This document shows positions 1 to 13,277 of a stretch of 64,000 bases of DNA, in pieces (positions within the stretch are counted from its first letter, which is position 1; each line of letters begins with the position of its first letter). The notes beneath the pieces were generated by a model, which was given only the letters and a program-made list of their open reading frames with translations, was not told the origin of the DNA and ran no database searches. A program made the translations under genes and the position numbers. The DNA comes from Anolis carolinensis (taxonomy: Eukaryota). The stretch lies in NCBI RefSeq assembly GCF_035594765.1, contig NW_026943824.1, positions 8,016,317-8,080,316 of the forward strand, read 5' to 3'.

Positions 1-2416
1 AGTTCTGGGTCCAAAAAGGGTGGGTTTTTCCATTCAATTTTAGTTTAGTATTTCCTATATAAACATATCTGAAAATGGAGTGCATCTTAGAATCACAGAT
101 GTATCTTATGTATTTTTGGGGTTGTTGGTACTGAAATTAGGTTGCATCTTACAATGGAAGAAGTATGAAATTGGATAATGAAGGGTCTATGTGCCAAATT
201 GTTTCAGATCCATCAAGCCACAGAGAAGCCCTTGTGGTGCAAACCAACCAATATACTTACCCAGGGCTGTAGCGGGGGGGGGGGGGGGGGGGGCAAGTGG
301 AGCCTAATCATATATCTATATGTCTGTGTATTAAGATCCTCAGACTTGGGAGTCTCTTTTTCACGACTGAAGAACGATGGGAGACATGCTTTTCATGATG
401 CATGCCTGGCAGTTGCAGCGCCTTCTGGTTTTAGAATTGACATTTTAAAGAGCTTTTTTTTTTCTAAAATAAGGAAAGCAAATGTGGAATTTTAATTAAC
501 TGGCAAGTATGCTATATAGCTCATGACATCATCTGACTTACTGTACTGTTCAGACTTTCACGAGATGCAGGTGATTCATAAGCTTTAAGGGGAAAAAATG
601 CCCAGAAGAGCTGTGTTTCCAAGCGCGGGGGAGCAAGTTGTTGGTACTTTTCATGCAGCCTGGCTTTTGGGTCCCCTCACACCTCCACAGCAAAGCTCTT
701 ATAATAACGTCTGCTGCATAGGAAGCAATAGCAGCTAGAAAGGATGTTGAGTTCAGTCAACTAAATCTGAACAATTTACATCAGTAAGTATTTTACATTG
801 GCCATAGCAGGGCATTGACTCTGCCTTCTGTGGGCATTTATGTCCTTTTCTGTAGTTATTGTTTTCATTTCAAATAACTCCTAGTGTTGACTTTCTTATC
901 TAAGTGGTAAATAAACATTCACTTAAGATTTCCGCAACTGGATTTCATTTCCTATACTCCTCCTGTCTTGTTTATTCAGAGACAGACAGACAAGTTTTCC
1001 TGCTTTATTGTGTTTGATTGTATTGTTTGAAAGAGGTATGTTTGAAAGAGCAGTGTATTTGCTTTTGTGAGGTCATAAATATAGTGTTAATGAGCATGTT
1101 GTGATACGGAAGAATAGTTGCACAGAACAATCAGCTTTCGTAGATTCTGGTGTTACCAGGTGTTTTGTGTGGGCTACTGTCCATGAGGGTTTATGCTGAT
1201 CTTTAGCACAAGAGCTTTGGTTGCTTTTGCTGCAGTAGACTAATGGGGTTGCTTTCTTGTGTGTATTTCTGCATATAATATTCTTGATGCCTGAATACCC
1301 ACCTAAACCTCCGTTTTTAGTCTTTGAGATGAAATTATTCAGGCTGAACTTGCAGGACCTTCTTGTCAGTTGCCAAGAGGGAAAGTTAGTGTTTAACAGG
1401 GAAGAAGTAACAGAAATAAAGACTATATATTTACACCTATGAACAGACATTTGGAACTATGCATTTGCTCATGTGACACACTGTGACACATTAAAAAAAA
1501 CACAGCCATCATTTTAAGAGTGATTCTAAATTGGTCTGGCATTCATACGGATCACAGTAAAGGAAGTGTAAGTCACATATCTCAGCAACATGTGCAGATG
1601 GAGGTATTTTGGTTCTTCCCATAGCATTTGTTGATTTTGTTTAGCATTGTGAGGTTTGCAAGGGACTGAAGTACTCAAAGACTGTTAGCATATTGGAATA
1701 CACAAGATCAGACCCTCAAATGTGTGAGTCTTTAGAGTACTACAAGGCATTTGTTTTGGAAATGAACTAATTAGACCCCAGCTAGTTAAGGACCTCAGGT
1801 CCACAGGACCTCAGGCTTAGTGGTTCTGAGAGATCTTGCTTTGTACTTGTATGCAGCCATTAGCTGCAGTCCTCACTTGTCAGTGTCTGACAACCCTGCT
1901 CAATACAAATGCTTTATATTCATGTGAGCTGCCTTGGGATACATTTGGAGAGAAAGACAAGATTCATGTACATTAAATGAATGAATAATGGAAGGCTTCC
2001 AAGGATGTGTTGTGGAAGGAGAAAGCCTTGCTACCAGTGCTTGTCCTGAAGTATTCGTAGGCTCTGTGCTCGTCCTTGCGATGTGGGGTGCCTTTTCACC
2101 CTTCCAGTGAAGTTCAGTAACATCAGGTGGGATGATATCTCCAACAGTATTTAAGACCATGAAGTATTGCTACCTCATTCCCTTTTGCTTTCTCTTACTG
2201 AATTAGAAGACGAGGCAAACTAGCCTGTGAGAGAGCTGACCCACCATCATTATTTACAGTGTGTCTTGGGCTGGAAAGTGGGCCTGGCTGTTTCCAAGAG
2301 GGGCCATACGCCCTACTGACTACTTGGCATCAGATTTTGCACATTTGGAAAAGGGTTCTGCAAGCCAATGGGAGGGTGGTGCCAGAGTGCTTTTATTAAC
2401 CGTAGTTTCCTCTCAG

Positions 2417-5400
2417 GTTTAAAGACATACCTGATCTCTGGCTTGAAGGCGAAGGAGCCCCACTGCAACTGCTCCCAGGCTCTGCTCCCAGGCCTGGAGG
2501 CTGGAGACAGGAGCAAGATGCCTGGAGCCTCATCTGTAGAGAACGTGGGCGATTTGGCAAAGGGCTTCAGGCCACCAGAGAAAAGCAAGGTTTGTCAAAT
2601 GGATCTTCCCCCTCTGTGGTTTACAAAGCATCCCCAGGAGATAAACTAGACTTTTTGATGTGCCATATTTACTCAAATCTAATGCTCAAGTTTTTTTGGC
2701 TGAATGTCCTCTCCAAACTTTGGGTACATTAGATTTGCCTCATACAGTAATCTTAGTTCTGAGCCAAAGCCAAAGGAGAAGCTGCTTCAGAAACTTTACC
2801 TGGAGTTCTCATTTGAGGGAAGTTGCCTCTCCTATGAGCTCGCGGTGGCGCATCGGGTTAAACTGCTTAGTTGCTGTACTAGCTGTCCGAAAGGTTAGCA
2901 GTTCAAATTTGTGGAGTGGGGTGAGCTCCCGCTGTTAATCCCAGCTTTTGCCAACCTAGCAGTTCAAAAACATGCAAATGTGAGTAGATCAATAGGTACT
3001 AATCCGGTGGGAAGGTAACAGCTATCCATGCAGTTATGCCAAAAGCTTTGGCCTAGTTCAGGGTCTCCTTCCAGGTACTTCTGAACCTTGCTGTGAGGGC
3101 AGAAGTCACTGGCTGTGGCTTCAGGCCTCTCTCCAGCCCTAGCCCTTTCCTTATAAAGTAGAGTCTTCTACTGACAGTGGTTGGGCCCTTGGTCTCATTG
3201 CTGGTCCCTGATGGGATGGAAGGAGAGCTATAAATGCAGACAGAAGAGGGACAGTGTACTGGGAATTCCTTTTGCTAACCTTTAAGGGGCCTTCCTGTTT
3301 GGAAACTGGTTTCTGTGGTCAGAGGACGAGAACCTCATTCCCCCCTTCCTATTACTGAATGCCAAAAACAAGCCTTGCCTGTGGATGGCAACTTCCTGCT
3401 CACTGTTTATACATTCTCTATATTCCTTGTTTATTTTCTGCTCTCTCTTTCTGTTACAGCCCAGACTTTAATTATATATTTTTCAAAAGTTGTCGTCGTC
3501 CCCGTCCCCCAAGATTCCAACCGAAATGCAGAGAGACGCAGGTCATGCTATTTTGGGGTTAGCCTGGGAAAATTTCCCAGGAAATGGCCATGATTTTTTT
3601 CACATGCTTCCCTTTATGCTCCTGTTATTTTAATTCTGTAGCTTTATATTTTAGAGAGGAAAAGGAAACAAATAGGACCAGCCTCAGGAAGGCGCAATGT
3701 TAGAACAAACTAACACTCGCAGTGACAGTAGATCAGTTTATGGGAATTGATGATCTTCTTTTCTGGTTTCAGACGTGCCCTTCCTGCAGCATCGCATTGC
3801 CCCCCTCCTGTGCTGCGAGTGCAGAAGAAGGCGCTGTCCAAAATGGAGGCCAGGATGAACATAAGCACGGTGCAAAGGTGACTGCATTTCAGCACGTGTC
3901 GCTTTCTGACAATTCTGCCACAGTCATGTTGTGGCTCAAAGTAGAAGTACAGTAGAGTCTCACTTATCCAACACTCGCTTATCCAATGTTCTGGATTTTC
4001 CGACACATTTTTGTAGTCAATGTTTTCAATACATCGTGATATTTTGGTGCTAAATTCGTAAATACAGTAATTACTACATAGCATTACTGTGTATTGAACT
4101 ACTTTTTCTGTCAAATTTGTTGTCTAACATGATGTTTTGGTGTTTAATTTGTAAAATCATAACCTAATTTGATGTTTAATAGGCTTTTCCTTAATCTCTC
4201 CTTATTATCCAACATATTCGCTTATCCAACGTTCTGCTGGCCCGTTTATGTTGGATAAGTGAGACTCTACTGTATATACGTAAATAAACATGAAACAATA
4301 AATAGTATAAAATAAGAAATATTTCTTGGTTTTTTTTTTCTCTCCCACAATTCATATGAGTGTTTAACAGGAAATCATGTAAGCATTTATCAGTTCTGAA
4401 GTTTGGTTTTTTAATGTTTGCCCATGCTAGCTTTTTCTTTCTTAAGAAATATTGAGGTTTTTCTTGACTGAAATATGTTCCTGAGGGCAAAAGTGCATAA
4501 TGCTGTTCCCTCTGTGTGCCTCTGCTCTTCCTTTCCTCCGGATCAGGGCCCTGGCGGGTGCAGCCCTAAATCCCTGAACGGCTTGCTGAGTCCTCCTCCG
4601 GAGGAGAAGCTGAGCAACAGCCAGACCTCGCTGTATGAGATGCTGCAGGAGAAGGGCAGGTGGATGGGTGGGAGCCTGGACAACTCGCCCCTGCTGCCCT
4701 TGCGCTTCAAGAACATCCGGGAGAAGACTGATGCCCACTTTGTGGATGTGATTAAAGAGGACAGGTGAGCAGGAGGAGGAGGCCGAGGAGGGAAGGGAAT
4801 CTCACTGGATTTGCTAACTAGAGAGGGGGCGGGGTGAAGAATCCTGAAACAAAATGCAGCCCCTACAGGCTGTTTTTATGACCCTTTTACTTTTACCCAA
4901 ATTTCCTAGATATGTTAAATCTTGTCTAGATAATGGATTTGATTTTAGCCTGTTGGTTGTCGGAAACCATCCCTTTGCTCTATAAGGTTTTAGCTGTTAG
5001 TTTTAGATGTTTTACCCTGTGATGATTTATGTTTGTTTGGGTTATCTTAAGTTTTATCTTTGGCTAATTTTGTGTATCATTCAGTTTAAAATTAGGCTGC
5101 TTATATTGCTTGATCTGTTTTGATTTAATTTGTTTATATGTCTTCTCATTGGCATTGAATGTTTGCCATATATGTTGGAAACCGCCCTGAGTCCCTTTGG
5201 GAACATAGAACGGTCTACAAATAAAGTTGTTGTTGTTGTTGTTTACTCCTCTAGAGGCCTCTAGGTGGCACAAGTCTCCTCTGGAACAACGGACTCCCAC
5301 TTTGTTGCCAATTAGTCAAACAATCTTTGGAAAACTAGAAGCGACTTCTTCATTTCTCTTGGAAGGGGGCTTGTTTGTGTGCTCTCCATCTATAGTCTTT

Positions 5401-8400
5401 TCAGAATATGAGTTCAGCTGCCCAAGCTCCCAATTGCTCTTAAAATGCTAGGGGAACAAACAAAATCAAAATTAAAATTGATGATGTGCCGCTTCTGGTT
5501 CCAGATTTGTGCACTGGACCACCACCCATCAGAAGTGTGGGTTGCACAAATCATCCGCCTCTCCCCCCATTTGCTATCTGATCCTCTCCACCATCTCAGC
5601 ATAAACAGAATTACAATTTTCTAAATAATGACTTGCATATCACAAAATAATTTGGCTCCACTTTTCCCTGGGCTTGGGAGTAATCAATATACCCCCTTCC
5701 CTTCCCTTCTGGCCTGAAGGATGGAACGGAGGGTCCAGATCCCAAACAGCAAGAAAACCTTCCCACTTCCAAAGGTCAGACCCATAAAGAGCAGCAGCAG
5801 GAGCAAGTCATAGATGACCTGGGAGGAAGGAGTTGTTTCTTCAAGAGAGAACTGTAATGATGCCAATCCCTTTGAAACTGTTCACTCTCCTTTTTCCTCT
5901 TAGCTTGATGAAAGACTATTTTTTTAAACCGCCCATCAACAAGCTGAGCCTGAACTTCCTCGACCAGGAATTGGAGATGACCTACAGAAGCAGCTACCAG
6001 GAAGAGGTGTGTCTTCTTTATTCAACTTGTGTGCCTCCAAAGGGGGAGGGGCACTGGTAACCAACATCATGTGTCCCTCTCCCTCCCAAACAGGTGATGA
6101 AGAACGTCCCCGTGAAGACCTTTGCCAGCGCCACCTTCAGCTCCCTCCTGGACGTGTTCCTCTCTGCCACTGTCTTCCTGATCCTTTCAACGGCCTGCTT
6201 CCTGAAACACGGATTGACCGGCTCCCCTCCGCTACCTGCAGCCGTGGTTGTGGCCGTGGTAGCCCTCTTGCTTGAGGTGCTGTCCCTTGTCGTCTCCATC
6301 AGGTATGCGAAAGGAGGAGAAGGCGCGCAGGGTGTCAGGGAAAGTGGGCTTCTTCCTTTTTCCCTGGAGCAGCTCCTGGCCTTTATTGGCTTGCTTTAGG
6401 AAACCACACCTTGATGAGAAGGGTGCAAGCCTTTCCAACTCCTCTTTCCCTGGGAATCATGCTCTCAGTTTGTGGAGCATCTGTGGCGCCCCAGCAGAAC
6501 CAAGGAAGTCACTATAAATAGGAAGGCCTTCTACTTTGGGCACCCTTTTGCTTCATGTTTGGGGTTGGCAGAAGGGGAAGGCAGGGTCCTTCGAAGGTAC
6601 CCTCAGTCTCTATATTACCAGAGAAGGCAGCCTCTTGAAAGGCCGCAGGGGTCAGCTTTTTCTTATGGAAGCAGTGGGAGGGGGGTTCAGATAAGCGTAC
6701 CTTTTGCACTGTTGTTCTATTGCAGCTGAGGCTGGTTCTGTTGGGAAAGCCTCCTCTGGGCGTGTCTTGTGTGCCTCCCTTCCAGAATGGCCTTCTCCCT
6801 GGAGGATGTCATGGCCTGTACCAAACGGCTGATGGAGGCGATCGCCGGCTGGCTGCCGCGACACTTTGTTGGCGCCATTTTGATCTCACTCCCAGCTCTT
6901 GCTGTCTTCTCACACTTCACCTCTGAATTTGAAACCGACATCTACGTGAGTCAATTCTTTTGCTTTTTGGGTTGGACCCTTATGGGGCATGTCTCTGCCA
7001 CGAGGAGGAGGAGGAGATGGCAGCCCTTGCAAGGCAGCCAAGGGGTAACCTGTTGTTACCCATCTCCTGCCTGGCCTCATGAACTCCCTTTGTGGCCAGA
7101 AGGAGGCAGCAGAGGGCTACCATTCACTGGACAGAGCGGAGCCAGAGCCAGGAAACATACTCAAAGGTCCCTCACTGTCCTGAGAACTCGGCAGGTGTGA
7201 GTCACCTGCCTGCTGGGAATCCCTGTACCTTCCTATACATTAAAGGATCAGTTAAACAAAAAAAATGCCTTTTAGGGAGAGGAGAGCAGAGAGGTGCCAT
7301 CCTAGCTTTTTTTGGGAGCAGCCACTGAGGAGGAGGCCTTTTTTCTGTGATGGTGACAGAACTAAGAGAAGGCCTTCCCCTGTATATCCTAATAGTGGGG
7401 GAGCAGGAAGCTTTGGGGAGATAGCTAGGCTGGAAGTCCTGCTGTTGCCAAGTGGTGGTTGGTTGTGTGAACCATGCGGTTAGAAGCTGTTCTGCGCTCT
7501 TGTGGCTCAATGTCTTATCTCTGCTTGCCGCAGACCACCATGTTTATGTCTTCTGCGATCCTCATCACTATCGTCCAGTACTGCAACTTCTGCCAGCTCA
7601 GCTCCTGGATGCGGTCCTCACTGGCCACTCTGGTGGGCGTAGTCCTGCTGGTCTTGCTCTACGTGCCTCTGTGTCCGGGCAGGTGAGCCCTGGGGCCAGG
7701 ATCATTTGCGCATTGTCCGGGGAGGAGGCAGGTGACCCTTCACCCATCCAAGAGCTCCTTGGAAGGTGGCTCTTCTTGCTGTGGACCTTATTATTTCTCT
7801 TACAGCTCCATGACAGCCTTTAACTCGACCCAGGACTTTGGGTAAGTGTGAACACCTTGCAGCTGCCCTTGTTGTGTCCACTCTTCAGAAGGCTTTTGTG
7901 TATTACAGTAACCGCTTTCAACATTATTTAGTTTTAGAAGGGAGAGCTTATATTGTATTTGTGTTGTATGGGGAGCCTGAGAAGGAGCTTTTTGGAAATT
8001 ACATTTTATTGGTTCCCCTCTCCCTGCAGTGCTGCACAGGGCGCCTGCAACAGGTCATCTGAGGAGGGTCCTCTGCGGAGGCCGGCTGACCTGATCGGGC
8101 AGGAAGTTATCCTGGGGCTCTTCCTCCTACTCCTCCTGGTCTGGTTCCTGAATCGGGAGTTCGAGATCAGCTACCGGCTGCATTACCATGGCGACGTAGA
8201 GGCTGACCTGCACCGCACCAAGATTCAGAGCATGCGGGACCAGGCCGACTGGCTCCTGCGCAACATCATCCCATACCATGTAGCGGAACAGCTGAAGGTC
8301 TCACAGAGCTACTCCAAGAACCACGACAGTGGGGGCGTGATCTTCGCCAGCATCGTCAACTTTGGGGAGTTCTACGAGGAGAACTATGAAGGCGGCAAGG

Positions 8401-9248
8401 AGTGCTACCGTGTCCTGAACGAGCTGATTGGGGATTTCGATGAGCTGTTGAGCCGGGAGGAGTTTGCCAGTGTGGAGAAGATCAAGACTATTGGGGCCAC
8501 CTACATGGCTGCCTCGGGGCTGAATGCACCTCAAGGCCAGGACGCGCGCGGGCCCCAGGCCCACCTGCAGACCCTCTTTGAGTTCGCCAGGGAGATGATG
8601 CGGGTGGTGGACGACTTCAACAGCAACATGCTTTGGTTCAACTTCAAGCTGCGTGTGGGCTTCAATCACGGGCCCCTGACGGCTGGCGTCATTGGCACCA
8701 CCAAGCTGCTCTATGACATCTGGGGTGACACGGTCAACATTGCCAGCCGCATGGACACCACGGGGGTGGAGTGCCGCATCCAGGTCAGCGAGGAGAGCTA
8801 CCGCATCCTCCACAAAATGGGCTATGATTTCGACTACCGGGGGACGGTCAACGTCAAGGGCAAGGGGCAGATGAAGACCTACCTCTTCCCCAAGTGCATG
8901 GACAATGGGGTGGTCCCCCACCACCAGCTCTCCATCTCCCCAGATATCCGAGTGCAAGTGGATGGCAGCATCGGGCGCTCCCCCACTGACGAGCTCTCTG
9001 GCCTAGTGCCCTCAGTGCCGAATGCAGACAGGGCACTCCATGCGGTGGAGGGCAGGGAGGGGCCGACGGGCCTCCGGAAGGGCCACCCCAAGGAGCCAGT
9101 GAAGCCCGATGGCCGGCCCTGGCTTGGCAAGGGTGGTGATGAGGAGAAGGGTGGCAGTGGATGCCAGGAGGGGGACAACGATGGGCCCCCCGAGGAGGAG
9201 GAGGAGGCCAACGAACTGACCAAACTGAACAGCTCCAGGAGTGTCTGA
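2417..9248 (+). CDS. ADCY9: Adenylate cyclase type 9, 3' portion (5' exons lie outside the window). Exons: 2417-2589, 3773-3877, 4547-4764, 5904-6006, 6094-6302, 6786-6945, 7534-7682, 7806-7841, 8030-9248
   Basis: AG/GT-bounded, phase-compatible exons translate to ADCY9-typical sequence: GLKTYLISG, LLPLRFKNIREKTDAHFVDVIKED, MKDYFFKPPIN, C2 cyclase domain EKIKTIGATYMAASG...YDIWGDTVNIASRMDTTG, and C-terminus EEANELTKLN..SV*. Confidence 0.97.
2800..3045. mobile_element. Sauria-type SINE fragment (boundaries approximate)
   Basis: Shares motifs (gccaacctagcagttc..aaacatgcaaatgtgagtagatcaataggtac) with the SINE copies at 13.3-13.8 kb, 15.8 kb and 27.3 kb. Confidence 0.7.
3950..4272. mobile_element. 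Non-autonomous Tc1/mariner-type MITE
   Basis: Terminal inverted repeats CAGTAGAGTCTCACTTATCCAA...TTGGATAAGTGAGACTCTACTG flanked by TA on both sides. Same family at 39298, 54198 and 54648. Confidence 0.9.
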
Positions 9249-10671
9249 TGCCCAGAGGAGGGGTGTCCAGGGCTCCGTCTGTAGGGCACAAGGGCAGCAC
9301 TCCTGGGGGGCTGCATTCTGCTCCCCTTTGGGAGGTGGGGACCGGCTGCTCTTGGCTTTGGGATGAAGCTAGCAGGGTTCTGGACCCTTGGAAGAGAGGA
9401 GACATCAAGTGCCTTCCGACAGACTCTGCTGCTGGACTCTGGCCATAGAGGCACAAGTTGCACCACTGGCGGGGCGCCTGGATCTATACCTCCAAGGGAC
9501 ATGCCATGGTCGTTTTGATCTCTTTCTCTTTTTTAAGCGTTTCTTACCAACACTACTCTTGTTTTTTGTTTCTGCTCTCGCAGCTCCTTTGTACGTAAAC
9601 ACAGGCAGAAAAATGCACGTTTTCCTTCCTTCTGCGACACGAAAGAGCCAGAGAAAGAAGACAGGGCCTGGGACAGCCCAGTTGGGGAGGCAGCAAAGGG
9701 TTGCATCCGGGGAGCTTTTATATTGGGGAAGGGGTCACCAGTCGCTGTCTGGAGGGACAGCCGGGCTCCTCTCTTTGCCATAGCCAGACTATCTTACCAT
9801 TGCATGCTCCAAGGGCAGGAGAATGGCCACCTGCTCCCTGCCCCATGCAGGCCTCCCCTTATCTGGGGGAAGTGGGCGGCACATCTGGCAGGGCTGCAAG
9901 GAACAAGAGTGGGCTGGCCACAGCACCTCTAAGATTCCTGATGAAGTTAATTGCTCTCCATCCTGTCAGAGCAGATTTGACAAATAATTAGGAACTGTCT
10001 CACTCCCCCCCCCCCCTTTCCTTTACTCCTCACCCTACCTAGATTTTGAGAGAATCACACAGATCATAGGGTGCTCCAGGATTGGTGGCAAAGAGCATGA
10101 AAGGCAGGCTTGTTTGCCACTTTCCAAGACAGAAAAAGGAGTGAGAACCCAAGTCAGGCCTTCCTGGGTCAACTAGGAGCCCCAGCGCTCTTGTTATTGC
10201 CACACTCCCCTTTTGAAGAAGCCACGGCAGAGCGTGTGTCGGTGCCTTTGAGCCCAGACCTTATTATGCAAGTGCGTCCTGGGGGTTCTTGGCCAGAAAG
10301 GGCCTTTCCCCAGACCCCCTCCCCCAAGGCTTCCTCTGCCCCTCCTCCTGCATGCCATGCCACGCATATTTATAGCGGTGAGGCTGCTGCCTTGAAGGCA
10401 TTGTAACATATGCATCTGTCTCTGGGGAGGGGGACTCCACTTCCATCCCAGGAGGCGGCAATGGCCCCCACCAGGCAGGGCCCCTGGTCCTCCTTTGGGC
10501 AGAGAGGGCTGAGCACACGCTTCTCTGAGCGCAGGGACTGCAAGGCCACCACCGTCTTCTTTCCTCCTCCTTCAGTCTCCAGTACTGTACTAGCCTTCAC
10601 TGTGGCTACAATCCTAAGCACATGGGCGAGGGGTATGACTCCCTCCCGTGTATCTGGCAGACGGACTTCTG

Positions 10672-10677
10672 AATAAA
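10672..10677 (+). terminator. Candidate ADCY9 poly(A) signal (a second AATAAA lies at 11130-11135)
   Basis: AATAAA about 1.4 kb after the ADCY9 stop codon. Confidence 0.45.
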
Positions 10678-12059
10678 GATGTGCAGGAGACTGCTGGTCC
10701 CTTTTGTTCTCTAAATGGCGCTCGACAAACAGGGCTAAGGGAGATGGATGGGGCTTGTGAACTGGGGTGGTCGTTTGTCAGAACTCTGTCTGAAATCCTG
10801 TGGACATTGTGTGCCCATTGCAAGACAAAGCCAAAAGGCCACAATCAAAGAGCAGCAGCTCTGCCCCATTTACTGAGCCGAGCTACTCTTAATTCCACAT
10901 TGTCTTGTGTGATATTTTGCTTATGGCTTCTAGTGGGCCATAGAGGCCATGTCTCTCTTGCTATAGATGTCCCAGGGAGGTGAGAACTTTCCTTTGGAGA
11001 GGATGAGAGAGAAGGGGAGCTTTTGGATCCCTCTGACCCCAGGGCCAGGCATTGTGCCCATTTCCCTTCCAATTAGAAGGAGCTCTGTGGGCAGAAGATG
11101 CACCAGGTGGCTCTCTGATTGTGGTCAATAATAAAGAGGTTGCACTTGTTCTTTCCAAGCACCGTGTTGTCCCCCGTCCCAGCATCAAAGAAAGGTGATA
11201 CCCTGGGTCCAAGGGGGTTTCTTTGTGGAGAGGAGCGTCGTTTGGCTGAAGGTTTTAAGGGGAGGAGAGGAAATTGAATAGGCACCCCCCCCCAAAAAAA
11301 AGGGGTGCCTCAGTCTCTAAGGAAAGGGAGGTGCATGGAAAACTGGGCTGCAGGTGGGACCCCTGAAGCGGCCTTGTGGGAGGAGGGAAACTGGCCTGAT
11401 CTGGGCCGGGCCTCTTCCTGCCTCCCTCCCTCCCTTATCAGGGGCTTGCCCTGGCTGCAGGTGGTGGGGAGGGAGCAGCAGATAAGGAGGGCCTCCAGCC
11501 ACGAGTGATAGCAGGGAGCCCCTTCTCTGCTAAGAGGCCAAAAGAAGGGAGAAATGGGGAAACATGGGATTCTGTGGGGCGGGGGGGGGGGTGAAGGAGG
11601 GCCTGGGAGGGGGAGCAGCCAGCCAACCAAACAGCATCCTAAATGGCTGTGTCCAGTGGGTCCAAGGGCTGCCTGCCAAGAGTGGGCTGTGGCCGCAGCT
11701 CTACTCAGGCCAAAGGGAGACCTAAGCGCCTTGCCTTGTGTGGGGGGGGGGCACTTTGAGGCCATCCAGTCCAACCCTGTTTAAGGTCCAGCTTCTGCTT
11801 AAAGACCCTCTCCCCCAAAGACGGAGAATCAAATAACTTCCCCCTGACTTTGAGCCCCTTTCCTTGTCATTTGGACCCAGCTGAAAACAAGCACAGTCCA
11901 CCTTCTCTGCATTTTCCAGAGACTCCTAAATGAGAAAAATGCAGTGGAAAGCAGCTAATTGCAGATTCTCATGCAGAGAAATGCATAGAAGTGCCCCTCC
12001 CATTCAAGAGGGGACAATGGGAGCTGCAGTGCCTCCTCCGCTTGGGCTGCCCCTCGTCT

Positions 12060-12510
12060 CAACGCTCTTCCCTGGGGATGGTTTATAGCTGTTCTAGACT
12101 CCTAGAGTTGGAAGAAACCACACACTCCTTCTTCCATGTAGGAAAAGCACAGTCAAAGCAACCCCAACAGATAGCCATCCAGCCTCTGTTTAAAAGCCTC
12201 CTAATAAGGACCCCGCACTGAACTCCACAGGCAGAGAATATCCTTTCCTGTAATTTGAACCCATTGCTCCAAGTCCTAGTTCTCAAGGGCAGCAGAAAAC
12301 AAGATTACTCCCTCTTCCTTATGACATCCTTTCAAATATTTAAACATGGCTATTATGTCTCCTTTCAACCTTCTCTTTTGAAGGCTAAACAGACCCAACT
12401 CTTTAAACCACCCCTCAGAGGAATTCATGGTCTCCAGACCTTTAATCGTTTTAGTTGCCCTCCTCTGGACACGGTGCAGTTAGTCAATATCTCTTTTAAA
12501 TTGTGTTGTT
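12060..12510 (-). mobile_element. CR1-like LINE 3' fragment (boundaries approximate)
   Basis: The minus-strand translation contains the CR1 ORF2 tail motif RTWSNGFKLQE. Confidence 0.65.
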
Positions 12511-12799
12511 TGGCATGGAGAAAAGGAGGCTGAGAGGAGAGGGCATGGGAACCAGATGTGAATATGGAAAGAGGATCCCGTGGAGGAGGAGGAATGGGCA
12601 AGGCCTGTTTCCTGCCTCTCCAGACACGGGCCCAAAGGAGCCATGGATTCAAGTGGCAGAGAGAGAGATTCCAGCTAGACATTAGGGAGGACTGTCCAAA
12701 AGGGGAGTCTGGCAGATGGCCACTCGTCCAAAGGGCTTTGTGTCTTCCTGTGTGGCAGGATTCTAGGATTCTATCCCCCCCTCCTTGGCAACCTGGCCT

Positions 12800-12895
12800 G
12801 TGAGACTTATCAGTCTGGCCCAGGCGGACCCTCCCTCCCACCCCTCCTGGGTGCCTCCGCCCTGCTCTCCTCCTTCCTGCAGAGCCCAGATAGAG
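12800..12895. promoter_or_regulatory. Candidate erythroid enhancer upstream of the alpha-globin gene
   Basis: TTATCA-N8-CAG (12807-12823) and CTG-N8-AGATAG (12877-12893) GATA/half-E-box composites flank a CCCACCC box (12837-12843). Confidence 0.45.
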
Positions 12896-13277
12896 GCAGC
12901 CCTCCCTCCTCCCATCTCTGCTGAGGGCCTGGGAGGGGGCTCAAGGGGGTCCCTCCGCTGCTAGGTCTGGGGGGGGTCCCCTTTGGCCCAGAAGTTGGGG
13001 AAGGAGGGGGCTTCAGAGAAGCAGGGTCCCAAAGGCATGGTCATCCAGGCCCCTCCAGGTGGCATCATTTTTATATCCTGATTTCCTCTCATAAAGATCC
13101 TGTATGGCTAAACATTCCTCAGAGTGGCAAAGCACTCCTGCCTGGCCTAACCTGGAGGTCTTAGGAGTGGGTTCCTCCTTTTTTGTGGGGTGTGTGTGTG
13201 TGTATGTGTATGTGGTCTCCCATCCAAGTAAGGGCTTGCATAGACCCTCTCCTGCCTGAACCCTGCAGTGGCCTAGA

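Noticed and set aside
273-294. Long poly-G run (and similar G/C homopolymers elsewhere)
   Set aside because: Simple homopolymers whose lengths are unreliable in assemblies, with no evidence of function.
8301-9502. Long antisense ORFs (200-218 aa) over the ADCY9 last exon
   Set aside because: Shadow frames of a GC-rich coding exon with no recognisable motifs.
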